DNA of 59,196 nucleotides from Chitinophagales bacterium (lineage in GTDB: Bacteria > Bacteroidota > Bacteroidia > Chitinophagales > LD1). Made by a program: the position numbers and the translations under genes. This document shows, piece by piece, positions 1 through 10,887 of this stretch. The notes beneath the pieces are model-generated. The model was not told the origin of the DNA, did not search any database, and saw only the letters and a program-made list of their open reading frames with translations. Where the stretch lies: positions 1-59,196 of the forward strand of contig JANWXI010000004.1 in NCBI GenBank assembly GCA_025057415.1, read 5' to 3'. Each line of letters begins with the position of its first letter. The stretch's first letter is position 1.

Positions 1-10
1 CGCTTGCCCA

Positions 11-170
11 GGTGAGGGATGCGGAGGGCGCGAGCGCAGCGAAGCGGCCACGCCCGCACCGTTGAAAAACAAACAACGCGCGGGCGCGGCGGGAGCGACA
101 GCGTACCCCGTAGCCAGCCCGACCCCGCTGCTGCGCGCAGCCCCGCGGAGCGCAGCAGCGGGGGCACCCC
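11..170 (+). repeat. ~160-bp structured dispersed repeat, copy 1 (orientation GGTGAGGGATGC...GGGGCACCCC)
   Basis: Near-identical to 13047-13208 and 51841-52002. Perfect 14-bp stem CCCCGCTGCTGCGC/GCGCAGCAGCGGGG at 123-163. Confidence 0.95.
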
Positions 171-228
171 ATAATATAAAACAATTTTTAATGTATTGCC
201 CGTTTCGTTTTGTGCGTATCGTTCATTT

Positions 229-1413
229 TTACAAGCGTATCGTTTTGCCATAGGCAACCTGGCGGTAAACATCCGCGCTGGGGCGCTTGCGGCGTTCCTT
301 TGTTTCAATGTCTGTTTCGTACAGGCCGAAGCGGTACGTAGGTCCCAGGTTCCACTCAAAGTTGTCAAATGTGCTCCACCAAAAATACCCCCGTATGTCC
401 ACTCCGCTCTGCATGCACGCATGCACAATACGCAGGTACTCTTTCATGGCGCTGATGCGGAAGTTGTCATCACTTGTGCATACGCCGCTTTCGGTAATGA
501 TTATCGGCAGGCGGTATTTTTTCCAGTAGCGGTGAATGCACTCCGCCATTCCTTGCGGGTAGTATTCCCACATGTCATCGTGGGGTTTGTTCAGTTTTTT
601 GATTTTGTCGGGAGTATCAATGTACGTTATGGGATGAGGGTCGTGTGAAATTTTTGCGTAGTAACTCATTCCAAAAAAATCTAACGCTCCGGCAAATTGT
701 TGCAGGCAAAAGTCCATAAACCACCAGTCCGAAATGCGAGCCGGTAAAAGACCGGCCAGGTTCTCTGCGCTGAAGATTACAGCATTATGACTGATGCCAA
801 CCGGAATATGCGGATGTTCGTTTTTAAGCTCTGTGTAAGCCAGATGGTGGGCTTTGCCCAGGTTTCTGATAACGCGGAAAGCTCTTCGGATGCTCCTTTG
901 CTGTGGTGGAAACAACCCCGTAATCCATCCGTTGCTAGCATACACGTTTGGTTCGTTAAAAGTATTCCAGAAGCGCACGTATTTGCCAAACCGTTGCGAT
1001 ACTTTTCTGGCAAAGTCAACCCATAATGCCACGTTCTCTTCCTTCTCCCACCCGCCTTTTGCAAGAAACCAGTTTGGATTGTGAAAGTGGTGCAGCACCA
1101 GCATTATTTGTACGCCTTTTGCGCTGAGTAATTCCAAAAATCGCTCGTATTCGTTAGCTGTTTCTTCGTGTAATGGGGCAAGCGGGGCGCGTTGCAGTTT
1201 GCTCCACAGAAAACCCATGCGGTAATACGGAGCGCAGTAGGCAATTATGTCGGCATCCTCCTCGCGGTGCAACTCATGGTCGCAGGTGCGGTTAAAAATG
1301 TGCCCGTCTTTTGATGTAAAGTTTACCCACTCATGTTCAAAAGCGGTTTCAATCTGTGCTGCCGCTGTAGAAGTTCCAAACACAAAGTCGGCCGGAAAAT
1401 GAAGTTCGGTCAT
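229..1413 (-). CDS. Glycoside hydrolase family 1 (beta-glucosidase-like)
   Basis: N-terminal FPADFVFGTSTAAAQIE, TFNEP acid/base motif, ITESG nucleophile motif, DNFEW...RFGL. Confidence 0.93.
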   Translation of the reverse strand: MTELHFPADFVFGTSTAAAQIETAFEHEWVNFTSKDGHIFNRTCDHELHREEDADIIAYCAPYYRMGFLWSKLQRAPLAPLHEETANEYERFLELLSAKGVQIMLVLHHFHNPNWFLAKGGWEKEENVALWVDFARKVSQRFGKYVRFWNTFNEPNVYASNGWITGLFPPQQRSIRRAFRVIRNLGKAHHLAYTELKNEHPHIPVGISHNAVIFSAENLAGLLPARISDWWFMDFCLQQFAGALDFFGMSYYAKISHDPHPITYIDTPDKIKKLNKPHDDMWEYYPQGMAECIHRYWKKYRLPIIITESGVCTSDDNFRISAMKEYLRIVHACMQSGVDIRGYFWWSTFDNFEWNLGPTYRFGLYETDIETKERRKRPSADVYRQVAYGKTIRL

Positions 1414-1613
1414 GTTGCCTGAGTGCTGTAAATATTGTGATTAAACACAAACGCCGTAAATAGAAAATAGAAATGACAAATCTGAAAATATAACTGCATG
1501 GTTGTGCGCATTTTTTATCTGGTAACAGTTTCTAAATAATGAAAATACGATGCCTTAACCGTATGGGTCAGCGAGTTAATTTTTTGCAATAAATTTTTGG
1601 TTTTTACTCAAAT

Positions 1614-2768
1614 ATGTACTTGTTTTACATCAGACCCACTAATACCCCTCCCGTGCGTCCAGAAGATACATGGTTGCTGTACGGATGTTATGGCTATACA
1701 GGAGAGTTGATTGCAAGGCACGCCGTAGAGTGTGGCATGCGTCCTACTTTGGCGGGGCGCGATGCAAACCGCGTGGCAAAACTTGCAGGGGAGTTAAATT
1801 TGCCCTACCTCGTTTTTCCGTTAAATGATGCCGATGCAATAGCCGAGCGCATAGCGGGTTTCAAATGTGTATTGCATTGTGCCGGCCCGTTTATTCACAC
1901 TGCACCGCCTATGCTCCGGGCTTGCCTCAAAAGCAAAGTGCACTACCTTGATATAACCGGAGAGTACCAGATATTTGAAGACGTGTTTGCGCTGGATAAA
2001 CAAGCCCGCGATGCGGGCATTATGCTCCTGCCCGGTGTGGGCTTTGATGTGGTTCCTTCAGATTGTCTGGCAGCTCACCTCAAAGATGCTCTTCCGTCAG
2101 CGCTGATGCTGGAGTTGGTAATCATGAGCTTGGGAGGTGGCATTTCGCGCGGTACAGCGCTCACCATTGTTGAAAACCTCGGCATGGGTACCGTCATCCG
2201 CCGGCGCGGTAAACTCCGCACCGTGGAGCAAGGCGAAATAACCCGTGCTATTGAATACAATAAAAAGTCCTATAATGCCGTGGCCATCACCTGGGGCGAT
2301 GTATCCACTGCCTATCGCTCCACATCCATTCCCAATATCACAGTTTACAGCGTACTGCCTCCGCGCGTCATACGCACATTAAAACTTAGCAACTTTATCA
2401 ATTTTGTCCTTCGTTCGGCATGGTTCAAAAAGCTCCTCCGCACTCGCATTACTTCGCGCCCGCCCGGCCCCGATGCCAACAAGCGCCAAAGCGCCCGCTC
2501 AGCCATTTGGGGCGAGGTATCTAACAACCTCGGCATCACCAAACAAATGCTGCTCACCCTGCCCGAAGGTTACACCCTCACTTACCTCACAGCCGTTGCC
2601 ATCGTAAACGAAGTCCTCAAAGGCAACTTCATAACCGGTGCGCAAACCCCCTCGCTGGTTTACGGCAAAGATTTCATCCTCCGCTTCAAAGGCGTACAAT
2701 TAGAAGACCTCTCACAAAACTTCCAAAAACCCCTCACAAGCGCAAAAGCTGTTTCGCGCTCTTCATAA
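1614..2768 (+). CDS. Saccharopine dehydrogenase-like NAD(P)-dependent oxidoreductase
   Basis: LYGCYGYTG Rossmann motif, LAGR, HCAGPF, HYLDITGE, GFDVVPSD. Start codon uncertain. Confidence 0.85.
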   Translation: MYLFYIRPTNTPPVRPEDTWLLYGCYGYTGELIARHAVECGMRPTLAGRDANRVAKLAGELNLPYLVFPLNDADAIAERIAGFKCVLHCAGPFIHTAPPMLRACLKSKVHYLDITGEYQIFEDVFALDKQARDAGIMLLPGVGFDVVPSDCLAAHLKDALPSALMLELVIMSLGGGISRGTALTIVENLGMGTVIRRRGKLRTVEQGEITRAIEYNKKSYNAVAITWGDVSTAYRSTSIPNITVYSVLPPRVIRTLKLSNFINFVLRSAWFKKLLRTRITSRPPGPDANKRQSARSAIWGEVSNNLGITKQMLLTLPEGYTLTYLTAVAIVNEVLKGNFITGAQTPSLVYGKDFILRFKGVQLEDLSQNFQKPLTSAKAVSRSS

Positions 2769-2796
2769 ATTACATTTTTTTACAATATAGTTCTTT

Positions 2797-2959
2797 GGGG
2801 GTGCCCCCTGCTGCGTTGCGCTCGTACCTCGCGCAGGCAGCAGGGGTCGGGCTTGCTACGGGGTGCGCTGTCGCTCCCGCCGCGCCCGCACTTTGGTTGT
2901 TTTTCAACGGTGCGGGCGCGGCCGCTTCGCTGCGCTCGCGCCCTACGCATCCCTCACCC
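2797..2959 (-). repeat. Structured dispersed repeat, copy 2
   Basis: Reverse-complement match to copy 1 (GGGGGTGCCCCC...CATCCCTCACCC), 28 bp after the stop codon at 2768. Confidence 0.95.
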
Positions 2960-3255
2960 GGCTGGCGCACCCAGGGTACACACCTGTCTTCGCATCACTT
3001 CACACGCTACACAACACATTCTTCATTTACCTGTTTGATTATCGATTTAACAATTCATCTCCACATTTACGCATCGTTCAGTACCGGTCAGGCGCAATGT
3101 GCCACCTGTCCGGTACCCTTTTGATCACATATCTACTTTATACCCATTGTAAATCATCCTCTAATCTCACCCTTATGTCACACCACTTACCACGCATCTC
3201 AGGCGGGTTAGGCGCCTAATACACACACTTCTAAAACAAATAATGAAAAGGAGTT

Positions 3256-3285
3256 TTTGTTTTCTGCCATTAAAAACTACTTTTG
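3256..3285 (+). promoter_or_regulatory. Bacteroidota sigma-A promoter of rpsL operon (-33 TTTG / -7 TACTTTTG)
   Basis: TTTG 3256-3259, 18-bp spacer, TAnnTTTG 3278-3285, 22 bp before the rpsL ATG. Confidence 0.7.
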
Positions 3286-3307
3286 CCGTCCCAAAAAACA
3301 AAAGTGG

Positions 3308-3709
3308 ATGCCTACTATTCAGCAATTAGTGCGTAAATCGCGCGAAATCATACGGGCAAAATCCAAGAGCCGCGCTCTGGATGCCTGCCCCCAAAAGCGG
3401 GGCGTTTGTACGCGCGTTTACACCACTACGCCCAAGAAACCCAACTCTGCATTGCGCAAAGTAGCGAAGGTGCGTTTAACCAATCAGGTGGAGGTAATCG
3501 CCTACATCCCGGGCGAGGGTCACAACTTGCAGGAACACTCCATCGTACTCATTCGCGGCGGTCGGGTAAAAGACCTCCCGGGTGTGCGTTACCACATTGT
3601 GCGTGGTTCGCTCGACACCGCCGGTGTAGAAAATCGCAAAAAAAGCCGTTCCAAGTACGGCACCAAACGCCCGAAAGCGGGTGCTGCTGCCGCTCCTTCT
3701 AAAAAATAA
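3308..3709 (+). CDS. rpsL: 30S ribosomal protein S12
   Basis: [10 protein letters not shown]...[11 protein letters not shown]...[15 protein letters not shown]. True start is ATG 3308, not the ORF-track start 3257. Confidence 0.99.
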   Translation: MPTIQQLVRKSREIIRAKSKSRALDACPQKRGVCTRVYTTTPKKPNSALRKVAKVRLTNQVEVIAYIPGEGHNLQEHSIVLIRGGRVKDLPGVRYHIVRGSLDTAGVENRKKSRSKYGTKRPKAGAAAAPSKK

Positions 3710-3738
3710 TCACCACGAAAAATACCACATAATCATAC

Positions 3739-4206
3739 ATGAGAAAGAAAAGAGCTCCAAAACGTTACATACAGCCCGACCCCAAATTCAATGATGTGGA
3801 CGTTGCCAAGTTCGTTAACCGCCTCATGTGGGAGGGTAAAAAGTCCGTGGCTTACAAAATATTTTACGGAGCACTCGACCTCGTACACGAGCGCACTAAA
3901 GAAGACCCCCTGGAGGTTTGGCGCAAAGCTGTGCTAAATGTATCACCCTCTGTAGAGGTTAAATCAAGGCGCATCGGTGGGGCAAACTTTCAGATACCCG
4001 TGGAGGTACGCCCTGAACGCAAGCAGGCGCTGGCCATGAAATGGCTCATTCAGTACAGCCGCGAGCGCAACGGCAAATCCATGGCCGATAAACTTGCCTC
4101 CGAAATCATTGCCGCCTCCAAAGGCGAAGGAGCTGCCTTTAAGAAAAAAGAAGACACCCACCGCATGGCCGAAGCCAACAAGGCATTCGCTCACTTTAAG
4201 TTTTAA
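3739..4206 (+). CDS. rpsG: 30S ribosomal protein S7
   Basis: [27 protein letters not shown]. Confidence 0.99.
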   Translation: MRKKRAPKRYIQPDPKFNDVDVAKFVNRLMWEGKKSVAYKIFYGALDLVHERTKEDPLEVWRKAVLNVSPSVEVKSRRIGGANFQIPVEVRPERKQALAMKWLIQYSRERNGKSMADKLASEIIAASKGEGAAFKKKEDTHRMAEANKAFAHFKF

Positions 4207-4259
4207 TTCTATATAAACCAATCATAAAAGAGGAACTGGTTCTATACAGTTGAACGAAA

Positions 4260-6371
4260 ATGGGAAAAGACCTCAGCTACACGAGAAACATCGGCATTGC
4301 CGCGCATATTGACGCCGGTAAAACCACCACTACCGAGCGGATACTTTACTACACCGGTGTGAACTACAAAATCGGTGAGGTGCACGATGGCGCAGCCACC
4401 ATGGACTGGATGGAGCAGGAGCAGGAGAGGGGCATCACCATTACCTCTGCCGCCACCCGATGTCAATGGACCTGGCAAGGAAAAAAGTACGATATAAATA
4501 TAATCGACACTCCCGGCCACGTGGACTTTACCGTTGAAGTAAACCGCTCTCTCCGGGTATTGGATGGTCTCGTGTTTCTCTTCTCAGCCGTTGATGGTGT
4601 AGAGCCCCAGTCCGAAACAAACTGGCGCCTGGCCGATAACTATGGTGTTCCGCGCCTGGGCTTTGTAAATAAAATGGACCGCCAGGGCGCTGACTATTTT
4701 AATGTAGTTAAGCAGGTAGAGACCATGCTCGGCTCCAATCCCCTGATAATGCAGGTTCCCATCGGTAGCGAGGATAATTTTAAGGGTGTATTTGACCTGG
4801 TAACCAACCAGGCCATCATATGGAATGAAGAAGATTTGGGCATGACCTACAGAGTAGTTGAGTGTCCTGATGATATACAGGAGGATGTAAAAAAATACCG
4901 CGAGCAGCTACTTGAAAAAGTTGCCGAGTTTGATGATAAACTGATGGAGAAATTCTTCTCAGACCCCAACTCCATCACTCCCGATGAAATTCGCTCAGCT
5001 ATTCGGCAGGCCGTAATCGCACAAAAACTCGTGCCCATGTTTTGCGGTTCATCTTTCAAAAACAAAGGTGTGCAGGCCGTGCTGGATGCCGTATGTGCCT
5101 TGCTTCCTTCCCCTCAAGACAAAAAAGAAGTAAAAGGCACCAACCCCGAAAATGGCGAAATTATTACCCGCAAACCCGATACTGACGAGCCCTTCACTGC
5201 ATTGGCATTCAAAATAGCCACCGACCCCTTTGTAGGCCGCCTGGCTTATTTCCGCGTTTACTCCGGAAGTTTAGAGGCAGGTTCTTATGTATTAAACACA
5301 CGCACAGGCAAAAAAGAGCGCATTTCGCGCCTCTTTCAAATGCATGCCAATAAGCAAAACCCCATTGAGCGCGTAGAGGCAGGTGACATAGCAGCTGCAG
5401 TAGGTTTCAAAGACATTCGCACCGGAGATACGCTTTGTGATGAAAAACACCCCATCGTGCTCGAAAGCATGAAATTCCCCGAGCCGGTTATATCACTAGC
5501 CATAGAACCCAAAGCCCAAAAGGACATGGACAAACTGGGCATGAGCTTGGCGAAACTTGCCGAAGAAGATCCTACTTTTCGCGTCAGTTTCGATGAACAA
5601 ACCGGCCAAACTATCATTTCGGGCATGGGTGAGTTGCATCTGGAAATAATCATTGACCGCCTACGCAGAGAGTTTAAGGTAGAGTGCAACCAGGGCGCTC
5701 CGCAGGTTAACTATAAAGAGCGCCTCACAACCACCATCGAGCACCGTGAACTTTATAAAAAACAAACCGGTGGTCGGGGTAAATATGCCGAAATTAAAAT
5801 TGAAATTGGCCCTGCTGACGAAGGTGTATCTGGCCTGCAGTTTATTAATGACATTTTCGGTGGAGCCATACCCAAAGAATTTATCCCTGCCGTAGAAAAG
5901 GGTTTCAGAGAAGCTATGAAAACCGGAGTGCTGGCTGGTTATGAAATGGACAATCTGAAAGTACGTCTCTTTGACGGCTCATACCACGAAGTTGACTCTG
6001 ACTCCCTCTCCTTTGAGCTTTGTGCCAAACTCGCCTTCCGTAACGCAGCTAAACTTGCCAAGCCCATTTTGTTGGAGCCAATCATGAAAGTTGAAGTAAT
6101 CACCCCCGAAGAAAATACCGGAGATGTAGTGGGTGACCTCAACCGCCGCCGCGGTATTCTTGAAGGTATGGAAGCCCGCCAAAACGCGCAAGTTATAAGA
6201 GCTAAAGTACCCCTTAGCGAAATGTTTGGCTACGTTACTCAGTTGCGTACCCTCACTTCGGGCCGCGCTACCTCCACTATGGAGTTCCACAGCTATCAGC
6301 CAGCCCCCGAAAACGTGGCATCTGTTGTAATAGCCAAAAATTCTGGTAAACTTAAACCCGTTGAAGAATAA
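4260..6371 (+). CDS. fusA: Elongation factor G
   Basis: [27 protein letters not shown]; 703 aa. Confidence 0.99.
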   Translation: MGKDLSYTRNIGIAAHIDAGKTTTTERILYYTGVNYKIGEVHDGAATMDWMEQEQERGITITSAATRCQWTWQGKKYDINIIDTPGHVDFTVEVNRSLRVLDGLVFLFSAVDGVEPQSETNWRLADNYGVPRLGFVNKMDRQGADYFNVVKQVETMLGSNPLIMQVPIGSEDNFKGVFDLVTNQAIIWNEEDLGMTYRVVECPDDIQEDVKKYREQLLEKVAEFDDKLMEKFFSDPNSITPDEIRSAIRQAVIAQKLVPMFCGSSFKNKGVQAVLDAVCALLPSPQDKKEVKGTNPENGEIITRKPDTDEPFTALAFKIATDPFVGRLAYFRVYSGSLEAGSYVLNTRTGKKERISRLFQMHANKQNPIERVEAGDIAAAVGFKDIRTGDTLCDEKHPIVLESMKFPEPVISLAIEPKAQKDMDKLGMSLAKLAEEDPTFRVSFDEQTGQTIISGMGELHLEIIIDRLRREFKVECNQGAPQVNYKERLTTTIEHRELYKKQTGGRGKYAEIKIEIGPADEGVSGLQFINDIFGGAIPKEFIPAVEKGFREAMKTGVLAGYEMDNLKVRLFDGSYHEVDSDSLSFELCAKLAFRNAAKLAKPILLEPIMKVEVITPEENTGDVVGDLNRRRGILEGMEARQNAQVIRAKVPLSEMFGYVTQLRTLTSGRATSTMEFHSYQPAPENVASVVIAKNSGKLKPVEE

Positions 6372-6407
6372 TCCAAACTTTTTCAAAACCCAAATAACGT
6401 TCTTTCT

Positions 6408-6713
6408 ATGAGCCAGCGCATACGCATCAAACTGAAAAGCTACGACCACAATCTCGTGGACAAAAGCGCAGAGAAAATTGTCAAAACCGTAAAAAGCACC
6501 GGTGCTGTAGTCAGCGGGCCTGTGCCTTTGCCCACCCGTAAAAAAATTTTTACGGTCAATCGCTGCCCCCATGTGAATAACAACAGCAAGGAACAATTCC
6601 AACTCTGCACCTATAAGCGTTTACTGGATATTTATTCTTCAACTTCCAAAACCATCGATGCGTTGATGAAACTGGAATTACCCAGCGGTGTAGAGGTAGA
6701 AATTAAAGCGTAA
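6408..6713 (+). CDS. rpsJ: 30S ribosomal protein S10
   Basis: [29 protein letters not shown]. Confidence 0.98.
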   Translation: MSQRIRIKLKSYDHNLVDKSAEKIVKTVKSTGAVVSGPVPLPTRKKIFTVNRCPHVNNNSKEQFQLCTYKRLLDIYSSTSKTIDALMKLELPSGVEVEIKA

Positions 6714-6717
6714 GTTT

Positions 6718-6915
6718 ATGAAGAAGATTACAACACTCCTCGCGCTTTTAGCTTTCACTTTTGCCGGTATAGCTGCTGACCAGAAATGCGGTAAATACAA
6801 CGGTCGTCAACTCTACTTAGGCGAAAAAGGCGGCTGCTACTACCGCGCTAAAGGCAAAGACGGTAAAATGGAGAAGGTTTACGTAGAACGCAACCTTTGT
6901 AAAAATTGTAAATAA
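6718..6915 (+). CDS. Small putatively secreted basic Cys-containing protein (65 aa; resembles the G-x-[RK]-GG-C-YY basic adaptor-like motif)
   Basis: Signal-peptide-like MKKITTLLALLAFTFAGIAA. Mature part has 4 Cys and LYLGEKGGCYY...KVYVERNLC. Fills the rpsJ-rplC gap, starting 4 bp after the rpsJ stop. Confidence 0.75.
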   Translation: MKKITTLLALLAFTFAGIAADQKCGKYNGRQLYLGEKGGCYYRAKGKDGKMEKVYVERNLCKNCK

Positions 6916-6969
6916 CTATATTTTTTATGTACCCGCCCCCTAAGGCGGAGACCTCTAAAAACAAAAACT

Positions 6970-7584
6970 ATGAAAGGCATCATTGGTAAGAAAATCGGAA
7001 TGACCAGCATCTTCGAAAACGGCAGACATACAGCAGTGACTGTCGTAGAAGCAGGTCCCTGCGTTGTTACGCAAATCAAAACTCCCGAAAAAGACGGCTA
7101 CTATGCCACGCAGTTAGGTTTTGATGAGCGAAAAGAGAAAAACACCCCCAAGCCATTACTAGGTCATTTTAAGAAAGCCGGTACCACCCCTAAGCGTAAG
7201 TTGCACGAGTTTCGCGACTATGACTTTGGCAAGCAGGTGGGTGAGTTTGTAACTGTTGATGTATTTGCCGAGGGTGACCTGGTAAATGTAATCGGTACTT
7301 CTAAAGGCAAGGGTTTTCAGGGCGTTGTAAAACGCCATGGTTTTTCCGGTGTAGGAATGGCCACTCACGGCCAGCACGACCGTATGCGCGCTCCCGGTTC
7401 GCTTGGCGCCTCATCAGACCCCTCTCACGTTTTCAAAGGCATGCGCATGGCAGGACGCACAGGCGGGCAACGTGTTGAAATCCTCAACATCCGCGTGGCG
7501 AAAGTTCTGCCCGAAGAAAACCTCATATTGCTGGCTGGCGCTGTACCCGGCGCCAACGGTTCATACCTGATTATTGAAGGGTAG
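6970..7584 (+). CDS. rplC: 50S ribosomal protein L3
   Basis: [40 protein letters not shown]. Confidence 0.99.
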   Translation: MKGIIGKKIGMTSIFENGRHTAVTVVEAGPCVVTQIKTPEKDGYYATQLGFDERKEKNTPKPLLGHFKKAGTTPKRKLHEFRDYDFGKQVGEFVTVDVFAEGDLVNVIGTSKGKGFQGVVKRHGFSGVGMATHGQHDRMRAPGSLGASSDPSHVFKGMRMAGRTGGQRVEILNIRVAKVLPEENLILLAGAVPGANGSYLIIEG

Positions 7585-7626
7585 GTTTCGGTTTATCCGG
7601 AATTCCCGATAAAGGAAAGGAGAGAG

Positions 7627-7651
7627 TCCCCGCCGCAGGCGGGGATTTTTT
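7627..7651 (+). terminator. Intrinsic terminator after rplC
   Basis: TCCCCGCC-GCA-GGCGGGGA stem-loop followed by TTTTTT. Confidence 0.85.
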
Positions 7652-7794
7652 CATATACAGGGTTCTACTCAATAGCAGAATAATTCTCTTTATCGCTATT
7701 TCAGTAATTTTCTTTTCCCCGCCTGTTTAACCTTCATTACTACCAAAGGATATATTTTGAAACATGAGCGCTTTTTCGGTAGTTTGTTGACGAC

Positions 7795-8835
7795 ATGGGC
7801 GATGAACATGATGTTTTAGAAAAGTTGCCGGAGTTTATTTCCCGGTCCGGTTACAGGCAGGTATTTGTGCTTGCTGATGAAAACACCCTGCGGTACTGTT
7901 ACCCAATATTAGAACCTTTACTGGACAACCACGTGGTGATACACTTTCCGGCGGGCGAGTCACACAAAACCCTCAACACAAGCGCCTCGGTTTGGCAACA
8001 GTTATTGCACTATGAAGCAGACCGAAACGCATTACTGATAAACCTCGGTGGCGGTACGGTGACCGACCTCGGAGGTTTTGTTGCCGGCTGCTACAAACGC
8101 GGTATTGACTTTGTAAACATTCCTACTACGTTGCTTGGTATGGTGGATGCCGCCACGGGAGGAAAAACAGGAATTGATTTTGCCGGGTACAAAAACGCGC
8201 TCGGACTCTTTCGTAAGCCGGTAAAAGTTTTCTTGCACACGCCATTCCTGCACACTTTACCCGAGCGTGAGTTTATGAGCGGTATGGCAGAGGTTATAAA
8301 ACATGCCCTGATTGCCGACAGAAAGATGTTTGAAAATCTCCCCGATGATTGCAGGTTGACCAATCACAGCGATTTACACCAGTTGGTGATTGAAAATATC
8401 AAAATCAAAAACCGTTTTGTGAGTGCAGATTTTCATGATAACGGAATACGCATGGCGTTGAATTACGGCCACACAATCGGGCACGCATTAGAGAGCTTGT
8501 GGTTAGAAAAGCAACAACTTATGTTACACGGAGAAGCCGTGGCAGGTGGCATACTGGCAGAGAGCTACCTTTCACATCGCACCGGCTTGCTTAGCGCTGA
8601 AGAGTTGGAAAAAGTGACAAAAAAAATCACGAAAAATTTCCGGTTGCCCATAGTACCTGCCGAGGATTTTGGTGCATTGATGCACTATCTTCGCAACGAT
8701 AAAAAGAACCGCAATGGAAAAATCACATGTTGCCTGCTTAGCGAAATAGGCAGTTATTCATTACCGCACTTTATCGAAGAGGGTCTTATAACAGATGCTC
8801 TGAATTACTATAATCTTACCGTATGCAATGGATAA
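7795..8835 (+). CDS. aroB: 3-dehydroquinate synthase
   Basis: GGGTVTDLGGF, PTTLLGMVDAATGGKTG, LNYGHTIGHALE, HGEAVA. Confidence 0.96.
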   Translation: MGDEHDVLEKLPEFISRSGYRQVFVLADENTLRYCYPILEPLLDNHVVIHFPAGESHKTLNTSASVWQQLLHYEADRNALLINLGGGTVTDLGGFVAGCYKRGIDFVNIPTTLLGMVDAATGGKTGIDFAGYKNALGLFRKPVKVFLHTPFLHTLPEREFMSGMAEVIKHALIADRKMFENLPDDCRLTNHSDLHQLVIENIKIKNRFVSADFHDNGIRMALNYGHTIGHALESLWLEKQQLMLHGEAVAGGILAESYLSHRTGLLSAEELEKVTKKITKNFRLPIVPAEDFGALMHYLRNDKKNRNGKITCCLLSEIGSYSLPHFIEEGLITDALNYYNLTVCNG

Positions 8836-10070
8836 AGCTCTCGCACCCTACCCGCTGTCTTCGTGCAGAGATAGAGTTGCCCGGCTCAAAAAGCGAGAGC
8901 AACCGTTGGTTGATATTAAACAGGTTGCTGGGCGGTAAACTTAATTTACAACGACTTTCTGCTGCCGATGACACTCAACGCTTGATGCGACTATTGCAAA
9001 GCGATGCTTTGATAGCCGATGTGGAAGATACAGGCACATCTATGCGATTTCTCACGGCCATGTATGCAGCGCTCAACACGCACAAAATCATTACCGGAAA
9101 TGCGCGTATGCGGGAGCGACCTGTTCGCCATCTGGTGGATGCGCTGTGCCGGCTCGGTTTTGATGTGCGTTACCGCGAAAAAGAGGGGTATCCCCCGGTA
9201 GAAATTATACCTATAGAAAATTTTAATAATATAAAAAGCGAAGTGGAGATTGCTGGTGATGTGAGCAGCCAGTTTATAAGCGCCCTGTTGCTTATAGCTC
9301 CTTTTTTACCAAGGGGTCTCAAGATTCATTTTACCACTTCTTTGCGCTCGCGACCTTACGTAGAGATGACTATATCCATATTGCGGCAATTAGGAGTGGA
9401 TGCTGCATTGACACACGATACTTGTTATGCGATGCCGTTGCAAAACATTGCCACCAGTCATATTTCTATCGGAGCCGACTGGAGCAGCGCATCGTATTGG
9501 TACAGCATGGTATTTTTGGCAGATGATGCTGAAATTTCGCTCCTCGGGCTTTGCGATGACTGGCGCCAGGGCGATCGTATCATAGTTGAATGGATGGAGC
9601 GATTTGGTTGCGAAACAACCTTTAGCCATGATGGCGTTACCCTGCGTAAAAGAAACGTACAATACCCGCGGATGATGAAATACAACTTTGCCGATAACCC
9701 CGACTTAGTGCAAACCTTTGCCGCGATGCTTGGAGCAAAGGGTGTAATCACTTCTTTTTCGGGTATTGATAATCTGCGCCTCAAAGAAACTGACCGCATC
9801 ACTGCTTTACAGCGCGAATTGCAAAAATTTAATCTGCAGTTTGAGTACGCATCTATGTTTGATTTTTATCAGCTGCGCGGTAACTATCAACCAGCCAACT
9901 TACCGGTAAAAACTTATGGCGACCACCGAATGGCTATGGCTTTTGCTCCGTTGGCTTTACTGCATCCCATAACGATTGAAAACCCTGCCGTGGTGAATAA
10001 ATCTTACCCCGCCTTTTGGACTCACCTCATAAGCGCAGGGTTTGAAGTAGTTGAGGCCGAAGAATGTTAA
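8823..10070 (+). CDS. aroA: 3-phosphoshikimate 1-carboxyvinyltransferase (EPSP synthase)
   Basis: PGSKSESNR, SSQFISALL, LRLKETDRI, DHRMAMAF, KSYPAFW. Confidence 0.96.
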   Translation: MQWIKLSHPTRCLRAEIELPGSKSESNRWLILNRLLGGKLNLQRLSAADDTQRLMRLLQSDALIADVEDTGTSMRFLTAMYAALNTHKIITGNARMRERPVRHLVDALCRLGFDVRYREKEGYPPVEIIPIENFNNIKSEVEIAGDVSSQFISALLLIAPFLPRGLKIHFTTSLRSRPYVEMTISILRQLGVDAALTHDTCYAMPLQNIATSHISIGADWSSASYWYSMVFLADDAEISLLGLCDDWRQGDRIIVEWMERFGCETTFSHDGVTLRKRNVQYPRMMKYNFADNPDLVQTFAAMLGAKGVITSFSGIDNLRLKETDRITALQRELQKFNLQFEYASMFDFYQLRGNYQPANLPVKTYGDHRMAMAFAPLALLHPITIENPAVVNKSYPAFWTHLISAGFEVVEAEEC

Positions 10071-10088
10071 ACGTCCGGTGCGAAGCGG

Positions 10089-10631
10089 CTATTGCATGAG
10101 CGCATTCTCAATGGCGCGTATCACCTCTTCATCGTTTACAGAAGTTCTTGGAGCAAAACTGCGAATGATACGACCATCTTTCCCAATTAAAAATTTCTGG
10201 AAGTTCCAGGTAACCGGAAAATCACCTACTCCATTTTCTTTCTGTTGAGTAAGATAACTGTACAAAGGAGCAATATCCTTACCTTTTACCGAAATTTTAG
10301 AAAACATCGGGAAAGTTACACCATACTCGCGCGTACAAAATTGTTTAATGCTTTCATCAGTGCCTGGTTCCTGACCCATAAAATTATTGGCAGGGAAGCC
10401 GAGTACTACCAGCCCGCGTTGTTGGTACTTTCGGTAAAGCGCTTCGAGCTCTTTGTATTGCGGTGTAAGACCGCAGTAACTTGCAACATTAACAATCAAC
10501 AACACTTTGCCTCTGTACTCGCCAAGCGAAACTGTTTTGCCATCAATGTTCTTTACGGTAAAATCATATACTGATTTTCCGTTGGGAATTACTGTCATAG
10601 TCAGAAGGATGAAAGTGAGAAATAGTTTCAT
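10089..10631 (-). CDS. Glutathione peroxidase family protein (Cys-type, with signal peptide)
   Basis: NVASYCG, GFPANNF..QEPG, WNFQKFLI. Confidence 0.95.
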   Translation of the reverse strand: MKLFLTFILLTMTVIPNGKSVYDFTVKNIDGKTVSLGEYRGKVLLIVNVASYCGLTPQYKELEALYRKYQQRGLVVLGFPANNFMGQEPGTDESIKQFCTREYGVTFPMFSKISVKGKDIAPLYSYLTQQKENGVGDFPVTWNFQKFLIGKDGRIIRSFAPRTSVNDEEVIRAIENALMQ

Positions 10632-10676
10632 CTTACTTTTTACAGGTTAACAAATCTGCGTTCAAATAGTTTTGCA

Positions 10677-10883
10677 TCACTGTGCGAGCGCTTTATGTGA
10701 GCCGTCACAAAATGGCAATTTTTGGCTCATACCGCATCGGCACAATGAGACCTTCTCGCGCTTTTCGAGTTTGGTGCCGTCCTCAAGCGTTACCTCAAAA
10801 TTGCCGGTAATGGATACAGGACCCTTGGGTTTTAATACGATAAACGCTTTGTCATTCGGTTTTTCTTCGTTGAAAGTTTCCAT
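10677..10883 (-). CDS. CDGSH iron-sulfur domain protein
   Basis: LCRCGMSQKLPFCDGSH motif. Confidence 0.92.
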   Translation of the reverse strand: METFNEEKPNDKAFIVLKPKGPVSITGNFEVTLEDGTKLEKREKVSLCRCGMSQKLPFCDGSHKALAQ

Positions 10884-10887
10884 GGCT

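Noticed and set aside
2797-2959. Repeat as simple Rho-independent terminator
   Set aside because: It follows stop codons in 5 of 8 cases, but in that direction the T-rich tract precedes rather than follows the hairpins. The element is multi-stem and 160 bp long, and three copies do not have this arrangement.
6371-6408. tuf missing after fusA
   Set aside because: rpsL-rpsG-fusA-rpsJ without tuf is the normal arrangement in Bacteroidota.
10089-10631. Possible selenocysteine glutathione peroxidase
   Set aside because: The active site is encoded as Cys (NVASYCG) in an uninterrupted ORF.
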